From Candidatus Dormiibacterota bacterium (GTDB taxonomy: Bacteria > Chloroflexota > Dormibacteria > Aeolococcales > Bog-877), in contig DATLRH010000024.1 of the NCBI GenBank assembly GCA_035534755.1, positions 26,598 through 90,597 on the forward strand: a DNA stretch of 64,000 nucleotides. The letters run 5' to 3'. The notes under the pieces are model-generated. The model had not been told where the DNA came from, made no database searches, and was given only the letters and a program-made list of their open reading frames with translations. Positions 49,986-59,071 of the stretch are shown here, one piece after another (within the stretch, counting starts at the first letter, position 1; the number at the start of each line of letters is the position of its first letter). The position numbers were made by a program, and so were the translations under genes.

Positions 49986-51274
49986 GGGGAGGGGGCACCG
50001 GTTCGAGCACCAGATTCCTGCTGGCGGCGGGCCGCCTCCTGTGCCTCGACCAGTGAGTCGGCTACGTCACTGGCGAGAATCCCGGCCCTACCTCGCAGGA
50101 ATCCCAGTCGGGTGCCAGCCTCGCCATGGACGTAGACGGCGCTCCGAGCCGCCTGGAACGGGTCCAGGCCCTGGGCCAACATCGCGCCCACCAGCCCAGC
50201 CAGGACATCGCCAGTCCCGCCCGAGGCCAGGGCGGAGGTCGCATGACCATCCACCCAGGAACTGCCGTCGGGGGCGGCAACCACGGTCCCGGGGCCCTTA
50301 AGCACGAGCACCACGCCCAGCTCGCGAGCCAGGGTGGACGCCGATCCGGCCCGGTCGGCCTCGATCTGGGCAACCCCTACGCCCAGCAACCGCGCCGCCT
50401 CCAGGGGATGCGGGGTGAGCACACTGGCCTGGGGAATCCTCCGCCGGAGCCCAGCCTGTGCCGCGCAGACGTTGAGCGCGTCGGCGTCGAGCACCAGGCC
50501 CCAAGGTGCGGACTGGGCGACCTCGAAAAGCTCGTCCAGGAGCTCCGCGGTCGTCCCACTTTGACCCAGACCGGGACCGCAGACCACTGCTTGAGCAGAA
50601 TCCAGGCCGGCTCGGGCCTGACGCAACGAACCGGCGCCGAGACCGGTAGCCGTCCCGGAGACCGGAATCCGAATCAGCTCCGGCGGGGCACCGCTGAATT
50701 CCCCTGTCACGGTGAGCGCCTTGACGCGGCCGGCGCCGCCCCGCAAGGCCCCCAAAGCACAGAGCACACCCGCTCCCGGGAACTCCGGGCTCCCCGCTAC
50801 CACCACCACCGTCCCGAAGGTGCCCTTGTGACTGACACTCGGTCGGGCCGGCAGCTCCAGATCGCTGGGCATGGGCGCCCAGACCCAGCGGCTCCGCCGC
50901 CCCAATGGGCTCAGGGTGGCCACCGCGACCCCCAGGCCGGCGTCATGGGAGAGGCTGATCGCGAGGCCCTCGACGATCGCCCCGTCGACCCGCACCTCCG
51001 GGGCCCCGCCGGGCCGCCGGACGACTGCAATCCGGCTGTAGAGCGGGATCGCCCAGCCCAGGCCGCCAAAGACCTTGCGAACCGCCTCCTTGGCCGCCCA
51101 CCGCGCCGCCAGCCGCTCAGGGCGCCCGGCGCAGTACTCCGCTTCTTCGGCGCTGAAGTACTTGACCAGGAACTCTGGCCTCCGTCGCGCCAGCTGTCCC
51201 ACCCGGTCGACCGAGCTGACGTCGACCCCGACCGCGATGGGCCGATCCAGCCCCGGGACGACGGCCGAGCTCAC
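49982..51274 (-). CDS. Fusion protein: holo-ACP synthase (AcpS) + ADP/ATP-dependent NAD(P)H-hydrate dehydratase (YjeF_C/NnrD)
   Basis: Residues about 13-122 are AcpS (GVDVSSVDR...FSAEEAEY...RWAAKEAVRK...ISLSHD). Residues about 140-415 are the YjeF C-terminal carbohydrate-kinase fold (HKGTFGTVVVVAGS...GGTGDVLAG). No YjeF_N epimerase segment is visible. Confidence 0.85.
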   Translation of the reverse strand: MSSAVVPGLDRPIAVGVDVSSVDRVGQLARRRPEFLVKYFSAEEAEYCAGRPERLAARWAAKEAVRKVFGGLGWAIPLYSRIAVVRRPGGAPEVRVDGAIVEGLAISLSHDAGLGVAVATLSPLGRRSRWVWAPMPSDLELPARPSVSHKGTFGTVVVVAGSPEFPGAGVLCALGALRGGAGRVKALTVTGEFSGAPPELIRIPVSGTATGLGAGSLRQARAGLDSAQAVVCGPGLGQSGTTAELLDELFEVAQSAPWGLVLDADALNVCAAQAGLRRRIPQASVLTPHPLEAARLLGVGVAQIEADRAGSASTLARELGVVLVLKGPGTVVAAPDGSSWVDGHATSALASGGTGDVLAGLVGAMLAQGLDPFQAARSAVYVHGEAGTRLGFLRGRAGILASDVADSLVEAQEAARRQQESGARTGAPSP

Positions 51275-53103
51275 TCGACGGTGACGGACTTGGCCAGATT
51301 CCGAGGCCGGTCCACGTCTAGTCCTTTGCTCATGGCGGCATGGTAGGCCAGCAGCTGGCCGACCAGGGCGGTGCTCAAGGGGGCGACCATTTCGGGGAGC
51401 CGGGGCACTTGAATGCTGTGGTCGGCCACCCCTTCCATGGTGGTATCGCCATCGTTGATGATCGCCAGGATCGGACTCTGGCGGGCGCGCGACTCCTGCA
51501 CGTTGCTACGGATCTTCTCCCGGGTGGCAGACTCGGTTGCGAAGGCCACCACCGGCATGCCCGCATCCAGCAGGGCGATCGGACCGTGTTTCAGCTCCCC
51601 GGCCGGGTGGGCCTCAGCGTGGACGTAGGAAACCTCCTTCAGCTTGAGGGCGGCCTCCATCGCCGCCGGGTAGTTGTAGCCCCGCCCGACGTACAGGGCC
51701 GACTGGAATCCGGCCAGCCATCGCCCCATATCGGCGATCGACTCCTCGCGCGCCAGGATCTGCCGCTGCACCGCCGGCACTCCCCGTAGCGCCGATCCCA
51801 GCTCCCGCCGGTCCGCCTCGGCCAAGGACTCCCGGGCCTGAGCCAGGCGCATCGCCAGGAGGATCCCGCAGGCTACCTGATTGACGAAGGTCTTGGTGGC
51901 GACCACGCAGACCTCCGGCCCCGCGTGCATGTTGATGACCGCGTCGGCTTCCAGGGAGAGGGTGCTGCCGACGACGTTGGTCAGCGCCAGCAAGTGGCTG
52001 CCCTCGGTGCGGGCCAACCGGGCCGCGGCCAGGGTATCCGCGGTCTCTCCGGACTGGGAGATGGCGACCATCAAGGTCTTGCCGTCGGGGGGCTGGGGCC
52101 GATAGCGCCACTCCGAGGCGACGTCGACCGCGGTGGGGAGACCGGTGAGGTCTTCGATCGCGTACTTGGTGAGCAGTCCCGCGATGAAAGCGGTTCCGGT
52201 GCCCACGATTTGGACGCGCTCAAATGCTCGCAGCTCGGCGTCGTCCAAAGCCCAATCGACGAACTCCACCTGACCGTCACCGAGGAGGCGCCCCCGTAGC
52301 GCGTTCTCGAGAGCGGCGGGCTGCTCGTTGATCTCCTTGGCCATGAAGCTCGAGAATCCACCCCGCTCGGCCTGGATCACGTCCCAGTCAACCCGAACCA
52401 CCCGGGGCACCGACTCAGTCCCGTCCACAATTGAACTGATCACCGGCCCGACCGGGCTCAACACCGCCATGTCCCCCTCGCCGAGCACCAGCGCCTGCTT
52501 GGTGTAGGGAATGATCGCGGTCAGGTCCGAGCTGAGGAACCACTCGTCGCGACCCACTCCCACCACCAAGGGGGCGTTGAGGCGAGCACCGATCAGGGTG
52601 TCGGGGTCCGTGGAGCTGAGGACCACCAAGGCATAGGCGCCGGACAACCGGCCCAAGGCGCGCCGGGTAGCCGCCACCAGATCGCCGGCGTAGTACTGCT
52701 CGATCAGGTGGGGCACCACCTCGCTGTCAGTCTCCGAACTGAACTCATGGCCGGCCGCGAGCAGCTCCCGCTTGAGGTTGGCGAAGTTCTCGATGATTCC
52801 GTTGTGGATCACGAAGAAGCGGCCGCTGCAGTCACTGTGTGGGTGGGCGTTGGCCAGATTGGGTCGGCCGTGAGTCGCCCAGCGGGTGTGGCCCATCCCC
52901 ACCCGACCCCTAATCACCTGGTTCTGGCTGGCGGCCAGCAGCGCCTCGACCTTTCCGGGCGCCTTCAGGGCCGTGGCGGTGCCGTCGCCGGCCAGGACCA
53001 CCACCCCGGCGGAGTCATAGCCCCGATACTCCAGCCGCTGCAGGCTGTCGAGCAGGAGCGGAGCAGCTGGGCGGGGGCCCAAGTAGCCGATGATTCCGCA
53101 CAC
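51271..53103 (-). CDS. glmS: Glutamine--fructose-6-phosphate aminotransferase
   Basis: CGIIGYLG N-terminal nucleophile Cys, two SIS domains and a C-terminus ...KSVTVE. The catalytic Cys must be residue 2, so the start is GTG 53103, directly before it. Confidence 0.97.
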   Translation of the reverse strand: MCGIIGYLGPRPAAPLLLDSLQRLEYRGYDSAGVVVLAGDGTATALKAPGKVEALLAASQNQVIRGRVGMGHTRWATHGRPNLANAHPHSDCSGRFFVIHNGIIENFANLKRELLAAGHEFSSETDSEVVPHLIEQYYAGDLVAATRRALGRLSGAYALVVLSSTDPDTLIGARLNAPLVVGVGRDEWFLSSDLTAIIPYTKQALVLGEGDMAVLSPVGPVISSIVDGTESVPRVVRVDWDVIQAERGGFSSFMAKEINEQPAALENALRGRLLGDGQVEFVDWALDDAELRAFERVQIVGTGTAFIAGLLTKYAIEDLTGLPTAVDVASEWRYRPQPPDGKTLMVAISQSGETADTLAAARLARTEGSHLLALTNVVGSTLSLEADAVINMHAGPEVCVVATKTFVNQVACGILLAMRLAQARESLAEADRRELGSALRGVPAVQRQILAREESIADMGRWLAGFQSALYVGRGYNYPAAMEAALKLKEVSYVHAEAHPAGELKHGPIALLDAGMPVVAFATESATREKIRSNVQESRARQSPILAIINDGDTTMEGVADHSIQVPRLPEMVAPLSTALVGQLLAYHAAMSKGLDVDRPRNLAKSVTVE

Positions 53104-53187
53104 GGCCTGCCTACCTGCCTCCCACTCTTGCCGGCCCTTCAGCACCCTGCAACGGACCCGGCCCTCCCCAGGTTACTTGGACCTGGG

Positions 53188-54174
53188 TCACGGAGTCGGT
53201 GAGGGAGTTGGCGTAGGGGACGCGGAGGCTACCGGCGTGATGGTCAGCACCACGCTCACCGAGCCGACCGAGAGGGTGGAGCCGCTGGGCGCGACCAGCT
53301 GGGCGTTGACAGTCTCGCTGGCAGTGACGTGAGCGAGGTCGATGGGCTCGGTGCTCACCGCCGTCAGCGAGGTCAGCACCGACGCCGGCCCGAAGACGGT
53401 GATGGTGAGCGGGATCACCTGGATCCCCGCCAGGGTGTAGCCAGTGGGAGGCTGTCCACTGCCTGCGAACGTGGTTCGCACCGGGAGGAGCACCTGGGTG
53501 CTCTCGGAGGCGATCACCACCCCGACGCTGACCACTGAGGGGGTGACGGTCAGCTCCGACCCCAACCCGGCGGTATTGCTCAGCTTGACCGTCTCCAGAA
53601 TCGGAAAGGAGGCCCGCACCGTCGAGAGATTGACGACCGCCTCGGCCTGAAGGTTCGCGAGCAGAGTCGACGGTCCCCGGACGGTCACGTCGGCGGGCGT
53701 GATCGCGCTCTGAGCGAGGTTGACAGTGAACCCGACCGGGGGCGCGCTGCTGACGCTCAGATGCACTGGAATCGATCGGGTCGCTACTCGATCGATCAGA
53801 ACCGCGACGGTTCTGGGGGCCGACCAGATCCAGACGTTGCTATCGCTTTTGACAATTTTCAAGGGGACGTTGTACTCGCCGACCTTGGTGATCCGGCTCA
53901 GATCGGCCTGAGCGGCGAGGTGGCCCCTCACCTCGGCCTGATTCCGGACATTGCTGGCAACCCCAGCGACCTTGACCGCCACCGCCGCGATGGGTCGTAC
54001 CAGCACCAGGCCAGAGCGCAAGACACCGCTTGCCTGGACAGGCACGGAGTAGCTCATGATCGCCGGCGGATCGCTGGCGTAAACCACCCCGACCCACATG
54101 CCGCAGGCGACCACCACGGCAATCACCTTGAGTTGGAAGTTGCGAGTCACCAGCAGGGCCAGCCGCCCGCTCAT
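53188..54174 (-). CDS. cdaR: YbbR-domain protein (CdaR, diadenylate cyclase regulator)
   Basis: N-terminal TM helix (FQLKVIAVVVACGMWV), repeated YbbR-like beta-domains and a Pro/Thr-rich C-terminus. It overlaps the cdaA stop by 4 nt. Confidence 0.85.
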   Translation of the reverse strand: MSGRLALLVTRNFQLKVIAVVVACGMWVGVVYASDPPAIMSYSVPVQASGVLRSGLVLVRPIAAVAVKVAGVASNVRNQAEVRGHLAAQADLSRITKVGEYNVPLKIVKSDSNVWIWSAPRTVAVLIDRVATRSIPVHLSVSSAPPVGFTVNLAQSAITPADVTVRGPSTLLANLQAEAVVNLSTVRASFPILETVKLSNTAGLGSELTVTPSVVSVGVVIASESTQVLLPVRTTFAGSGQPPTGYTLAGIQVIPLTITVFGPASVLTSLTAVSTEPIDLAHVTASETVNAQLVAPSGSTLSVGSVSVVLTITPVASASPTPTPSPTP

Positions 54175-55088
54175 GGTCCGTCGCCCCCGCGGGCAGCCGC
54201 AGGCTCCCTTGAACTTCGTCCCCGCAGCCTCAGACTGCGCCGATGCCGCTCGTACAGGGGAAGCCGGTAGAAGGCTCCCAGACGGTTGGTGAGCGCATCC
54301 ACGTCGAGCTCGCGCTCCAGCTCCCCACCGAGCGCCATGCTGACCCGACCTGACTCCTCCGATACGATCACAACCGCGGCGTCGGTCCCCTGGCTCAGGC
54401 CGATGGCGGCCCGGTGGCGAGTCCCCACCCGTCCATGGCTGCCGGTCTGTTCCGCTAGGGGCAACACGCAGCCGGCGGCGACCAGCCGGCCGTCGCGGAT
54501 CAGGGCCGCCCCGTCGTGCAGCGGCGAGCGGTAGGTGAAGACTGTGATCAGCGTCTCGGCGCTCAGGATCGCGTCCATGCGGACCCCGGTCGCCGCGATC
54601 TCCTCCAGCCCAATCCCGCCCTGGAGCACGATCAGCGCCCCGGTGGCGGATTCAGCCAGTCGCATCGAGGCGCGAACCACCTCGTCGACGACACGTTTGA
54701 GCTCCGCCGTCTGCGGCGCCAGCAGGCCGCTCCGGATCCGGCCCAGCCGGCCCATCTGGTCCAGTGCCCGGCGCAGCTCCGGCTGGAAGAGGATCACCAC
54801 CGCAATCAGGATCACCTGACCGCCATTGCTGAAGATGAACTTCAGCACCGGCAGGTTGAGGATGTCGGCGATCGCCGCCAATGCTCCGATCAGGAGCAGG
54901 CCCAGCAGGAGCTGAACCGCCTGGGTGCCCCGGATCAGGATCAGCAACCGGTAAGCCAGGAACGCGATGATGAGGACGTCGAGTACCGCCCTCCAGCCAA
55001 CGGTCTGAAGGAGGACCCGGGCTGCCTCGCCAACGTTCAGGCTAGCGGTAGCGAAGGGAACCCCGGCCAGCCCTGCCACTTCGATCAC
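54171..55088 (-). CDS. cdaA: Membrane-bound diadenylate cyclase (c-di-AMP synthase) CdaA
   Basis: Three N-terminal TM helices plus a DisA_N/DAC domain with LHDGAALI and GTRHRAAIG motifs. Confidence 0.92.
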   Translation of the reverse strand: MIEVAGLAGVPFATASLNVGEAARVLLQTVGWRAVLDVLIIAFLAYRLLILIRGTQAVQLLLGLLLIGALAAIADILNLPVLKFIFSNGGQVILIAVVILFQPELRRALDQMGRLGRIRSGLLAPQTAELKRVVDEVVRASMRLAESATGALIVLQGGIGLEEIAATGVRMDAILSAETLITVFTYRSPLHDGAALIRDGRLVAAGCVLPLAEQTGSHGRVGTRHRAAIGLSQGTDAAVVIVSEESGRVSMALGGELERELDVDALTNRLGAFYRLPLYERHRRSLRLRGRSSREPAAARGGDGP

Positions 55089-55975
55089 GGTGTTACCGAA
55101 CCGGCCGAGAAGATCTCTCGCAGCAGCGCCAGCTGGACCCAGAACCGGTTCTCGGCCTGCGCGAACACCACTGACTGCGGTCCGTCGAGGACCTCATCAG
55201 TGATCTCCTCGCCACGGTGGGCAGGTAGGCAGTGCATGACTTTGGCGCCCGCCGGGGCCTTGCCCACAAGTTCCTGGTTGACCTGATAAGGGCCGAAGTC
55301 CTGGCGACGGTCCTCATGCTGCTCCTCTTGTCCCATCGAGGTCCAGACGTCGGTGTAGATGATCTCGGTCGTGGCCAGGGCGGTCTCCAGATCCGAGGTC
55401 GGAAACGACGGCTCGTAGCCAGGGGGAGTGACGACCCGAAGGTCCAATCCAACCACCTCGGCCGCCTCCATCAGGGAGCTGCAGACGTTATTGCCGTCGC
55501 CGACAAAGGTGATCCTGGCTCCCTCGAGGTGACCCAGCTCCTCTTGGATGGTGAGGCAGTCGGCCAGCACCTGGCAGGGATGCCCTCGATCGGTCATGGC
55601 ATTGATCACCGGTCCCTGCATGGCTTGAGCCAGGCCCCTCAGATCGCGGTCGGAGGGGATCCGGGCCACCAATCCGGCCACGTAGCGATCGAGGATGCGC
55701 CCCACATCTGCCACCGACTCGCGCCGGCCCATGTCGATCTCGCGCTCGAAGAGGGCGATCGGGTGGCCCCCCAGACGGTGAACGGCCGCCTCGAAGGAGA
55801 CCCGGGTGCGGTTGCTGGGACGGAGAAAGATCATGGCTACCGAGTTCCGGGCCAGAGGCGTCCCCGGGTCGAGTCCCCGCTTGAGCTCAGCCGCCGTCTG
55901 GAGCAGACCGAGCAGCTCCTCGCGGCTCAGATCGGTCAGCGCCAGAAAGTCGCGGCCGTGAAGTTCTTCGCCCAC
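55085..55975 (-). CDS. argF: Ornithine carbamoyltransferase-like transcarbamylase
   Basis: SNRTR (STRTR-like carbamoyl-phosphate motif), HPCQVLAD, DVWTSMG and HCLPAHRGEE. At 296 aa it is short for the family. Confidence 0.8.
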   Translation of the reverse strand: MGEELHGRDFLALTDLSREELLGLLQTAAELKRGLDPGTPLARNSVAMIFLRPSNRTRVSFEAAVHRLGGHPIALFEREIDMGRRESVADVGRILDRYVAGLVARIPSDRDLRGLAQAMQGPVINAMTDRGHPCQVLADCLTIQEELGHLEGARITFVGDGNNVCSSLMEAAEVVGLDLRVVTPPGYEPSFPTSDLETALATTEIIYTDVWTSMGQEEQHEDRRQDFGPYQVNQELVGKAPAGAKVMHCLPAHRGEEITDEVLDGPQSVVFAQAENRFWVQLALLREIFSAGSVTP

Positions 55976-56050
55976 GTCACCCCATGGCGCTGTTCAGAGC
56001 CCGCCCCGCGAGCGGGACTGGTATTGGAACGGGTGGAAGGGAGTGTGGTT

Positions 56051-56455
56051 TCAGCGCTTGGTGTACTGGGGCGCCTTGCGGGCTCGCTTCAAACCCGGCT
56101 TCTTGCGCTCTTTCATGCGCGGATCCCGGGTCATCAGGCCGGCGGCCTTGAGCGGACCCCGAAGCTCGGCATCCCAGGCGCACAATGCCCGGGCCAGCCC
56201 GTGGGCGACGGCGCCCGCCTGACCAGAGACCCCACCCCCCGCCACCTTCACCGAGACTCGGAACCGATCCGCCAGACCGGTGACTTGGAGAGGGCGGAGT
56301 GCCGCCTGCTCAAGCTCCCGGCGACCGAAGTGGCGCAGCGGCTCGCGATCATTGATGACCGCCGTCCCGTCGCCGGGATATATCCTCACCCGGGCCACGG
56401 CCGTCTTGCGTCGGCCGGTGCCATAGGAGTACCGGGTCTGGTCCTGCTGAGTCAA
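56051..56455 (-). CDS. rpsI: 30S ribosomal protein S9
   Basis: GTGRRKTAVARV...GGGVSGQAGA...PQYTKR C-terminus. Confidence 0.97.
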   Translation of the reverse strand: MTQQDQTRYSYGTGRRKTAVARVRIYPGDGTAVINDREPLRHFGRRELEQAALRPLQVTGLADRFRVSVKVAGGGVSGQAGAVAHGLARALCAWDAELRGPLKAAGLMTRDPRMKERKKPGLKRARKAPQYTKR

Positions 56456-56922
56456 GGCTTGACTACCTCTGCGTGCTCGCCGAATTTGATCGCCAAGGGC
56501 TGCTGAGCGGTGTGGGGATGTTCGCTGCCGGGGTAGATGCGCAGTCTACGAATCTGCCTGTCGCCGAGGTTGTTGTGCTGCAGCATCCCGCGGACCGCCT
56601 CCCGCAGGGGCGCCGTCGGGTCGCGGTCAACCAGCTCCTGGTAGGTGCGCTCCCGACGCCCCCCCGGGTAGCCGCTGTAGCGGTCATAGATTTTCCCGGA
56701 GCGCTTCGACCCCGTCACCACAATCTCGGCCGCATTGATGACGACGACCTGGTCGCCGCAGAGCGCGTGCGGGGTGTAGCTGGGGCGGTGCTTGCCGCGC
56801 AGCACCCGGGCCAGGTTGACCGCAAGTCGACCCAGCGTCTCGCCCCGAGCGTCGACCAGCACCCACTGGTCCTCGGCCCCCTTCTCAACCGCCACGAAGC
56901 TGCGCTGGGCGATCGTGCTCAC
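56452..56922 (-). CDS. rplM: 50S ribosomal protein L13
   Basis: WVLVDARGETLGRLA...LRGKH...VVVINA. GTG 56922 overlaps the truA stop as GTGA. Confidence 0.95.
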   Translation of the reverse strand: MSTIAQRSFVAVEKGAEDQWVLVDARGETLGRLAVNLARVLRGKHRPSYTPHALCGDQVVVINAAEIVVTGSKRSGKIYDRYSGYPGGRRERTYQELVDRDPTAPLREAVRGMLQHNNLGDRQIRRLRIYPGSEHPHTAQQPLAIKFGEHAEVVKP

Positions 56923-57698
56923 GGCTGCACCGGCGTGGCCGACGCCCTGTACTCCACCCGCCACTGATGGAGGCCGCGCGCCGGCGCCACCTCCCAGGCC
57001 GGTGTCCGCCTGCCGGGTTCGGCCAGCGCTCGCGCCAGGTCAGCGACCGAGGCCCGGCCGCGCCCGACGGCCACCAGCGCACCCGCAAAGCTCCGCATCA
57101 TCCCGCGCAGGAAGGCGTCGGCTCGGATTTCGAGCCGCAGCAGTCCTCCCACCCTTTCGACATCGGCCCGATCGACGGTACGGGTGGTAGAACCCGAGCC
57201 GACCGGGCTGGTGCCGAAGGTCGCAAAGTCGTGGGTGCCGAGGAGCAACCTGGCGGCCGACCGCATAGGCGCCTCCTCCACCCGATCCGGCACCCACCAT
57301 TCGTACCGCTGCCCGACCGGGTCGGCCGAGACCCCGTCTCGGATCACATACCGATAGGTCCGCCGCCAGGCCATCCTCCGGGGGTGGAAGTCGGAGCCGA
57401 CCCGAGTCGTCTCCAGCACCCCGATGTCCTCCGGCAGGCGGGCCTGGCAACCGCCCTGCAGGGCGCTGGGATCCCAGTCCGAACTGAGCCCGAAGGCGAT
57501 CACCTGCCCATGGGCGTGAGCGCCCGCGTCGGTGCGCCCGGCGGCCCTGATCCGGGGGCGCTCACCGGTCAGCTCCTCCAGGGCCCGGGTCAGCTCGCCC
57601 TGCACGGTCTCGAGTTGCGGCTGGAGCTGCCATCCGTGGTAGCTGGTGCCGTCGTATGCGATCACCATCCGGTAGCACGCGTTCGCTTCGGCTGACAT
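56919..57698 (-). CDS. truA: tRNA pseudouridine(38-40) synthase
   Basis: YRMVIAYDGTSYHGWQLQP and RTDAGAHA (catalytic Asp). ATG 57698 overlaps the rplQ stop as TAATG. The track's 129-aa N-terminal extension runs through rplQ. Confidence 0.93.
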   Translation of the reverse strand: MSAEANACYRMVIAYDGTSYHGWQLQPQLETVQGELTRALEELTGERPRIRAAGRTDAGAHAHGQVIAFGLSSDWDPSALQGGCQARLPEDIGVLETTRVGSDFHPRRMAWRRTYRYVIRDGVSADPVGQRYEWWVPDRVEEAPMRSAARLLLGTHDFATFGTSPVGSGSTTRTVDRADVERVGGLLRLEIRADAFLRGMMRSFAGALVAVGRGRASVADLARALAEPGRRTPAWEVAPARGLHQWRVEYRASATPVQP

Positions 57699-58051
57699 TA
57701 CTCGACCATCTCCATGATCACCACCGGGGCCCCGTCGCCCTGGCGGGGACCACGACGGATGATGCGCGTGTAGCCTCCGGGGCGCTCCCGGTAGCGATCG
57801 GCATACTGGGTGAAAAGCTTTACGGCGACGTCCTCCCGGGCCACCACTCGAGCCACCCGGCGCCGGGCGGCCAGGTCGTCCGTCTTGGCGGTGGTGACCA
57901 CGCGCTCGACCCATCGCCGAATTTCCTTGGCCTTGGCTTCGGTGGTCTCGATCCGTCCGTGCTCGAAGAGCGCGGTCGCCAGGTTGCGGGTCAGGGCTAT
58001 CCGGTGCGCCGAGGTGCGCCCGAGCTTCCGGCCTGCCTTGAGGTGACGCAT
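57698..58051 (-). CDS. rplQ: 50S ribosomal protein L17
   Basis: MRHLKAGRKLGRTSAHR... Confidence 0.97.
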   Translation of the reverse strand: MRHLKAGRKLGRTSAHRIALTRNLATALFEHGRIETTEAKAKEIRRWVERVVTTAKTDDLAARRRVARVVAREDVAVKLFTQYADRYRERPGGYTRIIRRGPRQGDGAPVVIMEMVE

Positions 58052-58056
58052 AGTGC

Positions 58057-59037
58057 CTAGTGGTCTCCCCGCTGGAACAGTTCATCGACCTCGTCCTCGC
58101 CGACGAAGCCCCGGGCGACCAGCTTCTGCTTGATCTCGTCCAGCGACTTGGCGCCGAAGTTGCGCAGCGCCAGGAGCTCCTCGACTCGCATCGCCAGCAG
58201 TTCCCCGAGCTTGGTGATGTCGTTGGCCTTGAGGCAATTCAGGGCTCGCACGCTCAGCTCCAGCTCATCGACGGGGACGTCGGCCAGACGGCTCTTGAGG
58301 TCGGTGCCCACCACCGCCCCCAGCGCGGACTCGGTCAGGCTGGCGCCGAAGGTGGTGAACAAGCTCAGGTGACGGGTGTAGTACTCGGCCGCCCGGCTCA
58401 CCGCCTCAACCGGCGGAATCGTCCCGTTGGTCCAGACCTCCAGGGTCAGCTTCTCCCAGTCGGTGTCCTGACCGACCCTGGTCTTCTCGACCAGGAAGTT
58501 GGCCTTGATCACCGGGGTGAAGATGGCGTCAACCGGGATCACCCCGATTGGCTGCCCCTCCTTCTTATTTCGATCGGCGGGCGAGTATCCCTTGCCCAGC
58601 TCGACGGTGAGATCGATGCGCAGCTTGGCGTGGGCACCATCCAGGGTGCAGAGGTAGAGCTCGGGGTTGGCGATCTCCACGTCTGAGTTCGGGGTGATGT
58701 CGACGGCCGTCACGCGGCGCCCACCCTGAACGTCGAGGGTGAGCCTGGCCCCCTCGGGGTTGTGACAGGTGAGGCTGAGCTGCTTGATGTTGAGCAGAAT
58801 CTCCCCCACATCCTCTTTGACGTACTTGACGCTGGAAAACTCGTGGGCCACACCCTCAATCGAGACCGCGGTGACCGCGGCTCCGGTGAGCGATGAGAGC
58901 AGCACCCGGCGCAGCGAATTGCCCAGGGTGGTCCCGTATCCGGCCTCTAGCGGCTCGATCTCAAAACGCCCGTGGTCCTTGGAAGCTTCCACCTCGTGGA
59001 CCGTCGGCTGTATCGCAGTCTCTGGCATAAGTAGCAA
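58057..59037 (-). CDS. rpoA: DNA-directed RNA polymerase alpha subunit
   Basis: N-terminal dimerisation domain (LEAGYGTTLGNSLRRVLLSS) and a C-terminal domain (LELSVRALNCLK...). Confidence 0.97.
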   Translation of the reverse strand: MLLMPETAIQPTVHEVEASKDHGRFEIEPLEAGYGTTLGNSLRRVLLSSLTGAAVTAVSIEGVAHEFSSVKYVKEDVGEILLNIKQLSLTCHNPEGARLTLDVQGGRRVTAVDITPNSDVEIANPELYLCTLDGAHAKLRIDLTVELGKGYSPADRNKKEGQPIGVIPVDAIFTPVIKANFLVEKTRVGQDTDWEKLTLEVWTNGTIPPVEAVSRAAEYYTRHLSLFTTFGASLTESALGAVVGTDLKSRLADVPVDELELSVRALNCLKANDITKLGELLAMRVEELLALRNFGAKSLDEIKQKLVARGFVGEDEVDELFQRGDH

Positions 59038-59071
59038 TGTCCTCGTTGGTAACTGGCCGAAGCGCCTTTGG

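Noticed and set aside
50126-51346. 406-aa plus-strand ORF opposite acpS-nnrD. Similar cases: 31115-32548 opposite gatB, 55232-56506 opposite argF/rpsI, 7899-9206 and 641-1504
   Set aside because: All are off-frame or antisense to genes with clear family motifs and have the biased composition expected from GC-rich non-coding frames.
53104-53187. Possible glmS ribozyme upstream of glmS
   Set aside because: Only 84 nt lie between the cdaR stop and the glmS GTG. That is far shorter than the roughly 170-nt ribozyme, and no conserved core sequence was recognisable.
55976-56050. Intrinsic terminator after rpsI (CCCGC-N7-GCGGG)
   Set aside because: It has only a 5-bp stem and no following U-tract. 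argF starts 75 nt downstream on the same strand, so read-through is more likely.
57699-58085. 129-aa N-terminal extension of truA in the ORF track
   Set aside because: It runs out of frame through the whole rplQ gene and is Arg/Gly/Pro-rich. The conserved TruA N-terminus begins at ATG 57698 (TAATG junction). The same logic removes the track extensions of polA (6028-6285), fpg, tsaB, rimI, thiL, thiG, rplM, glmS and gatC.
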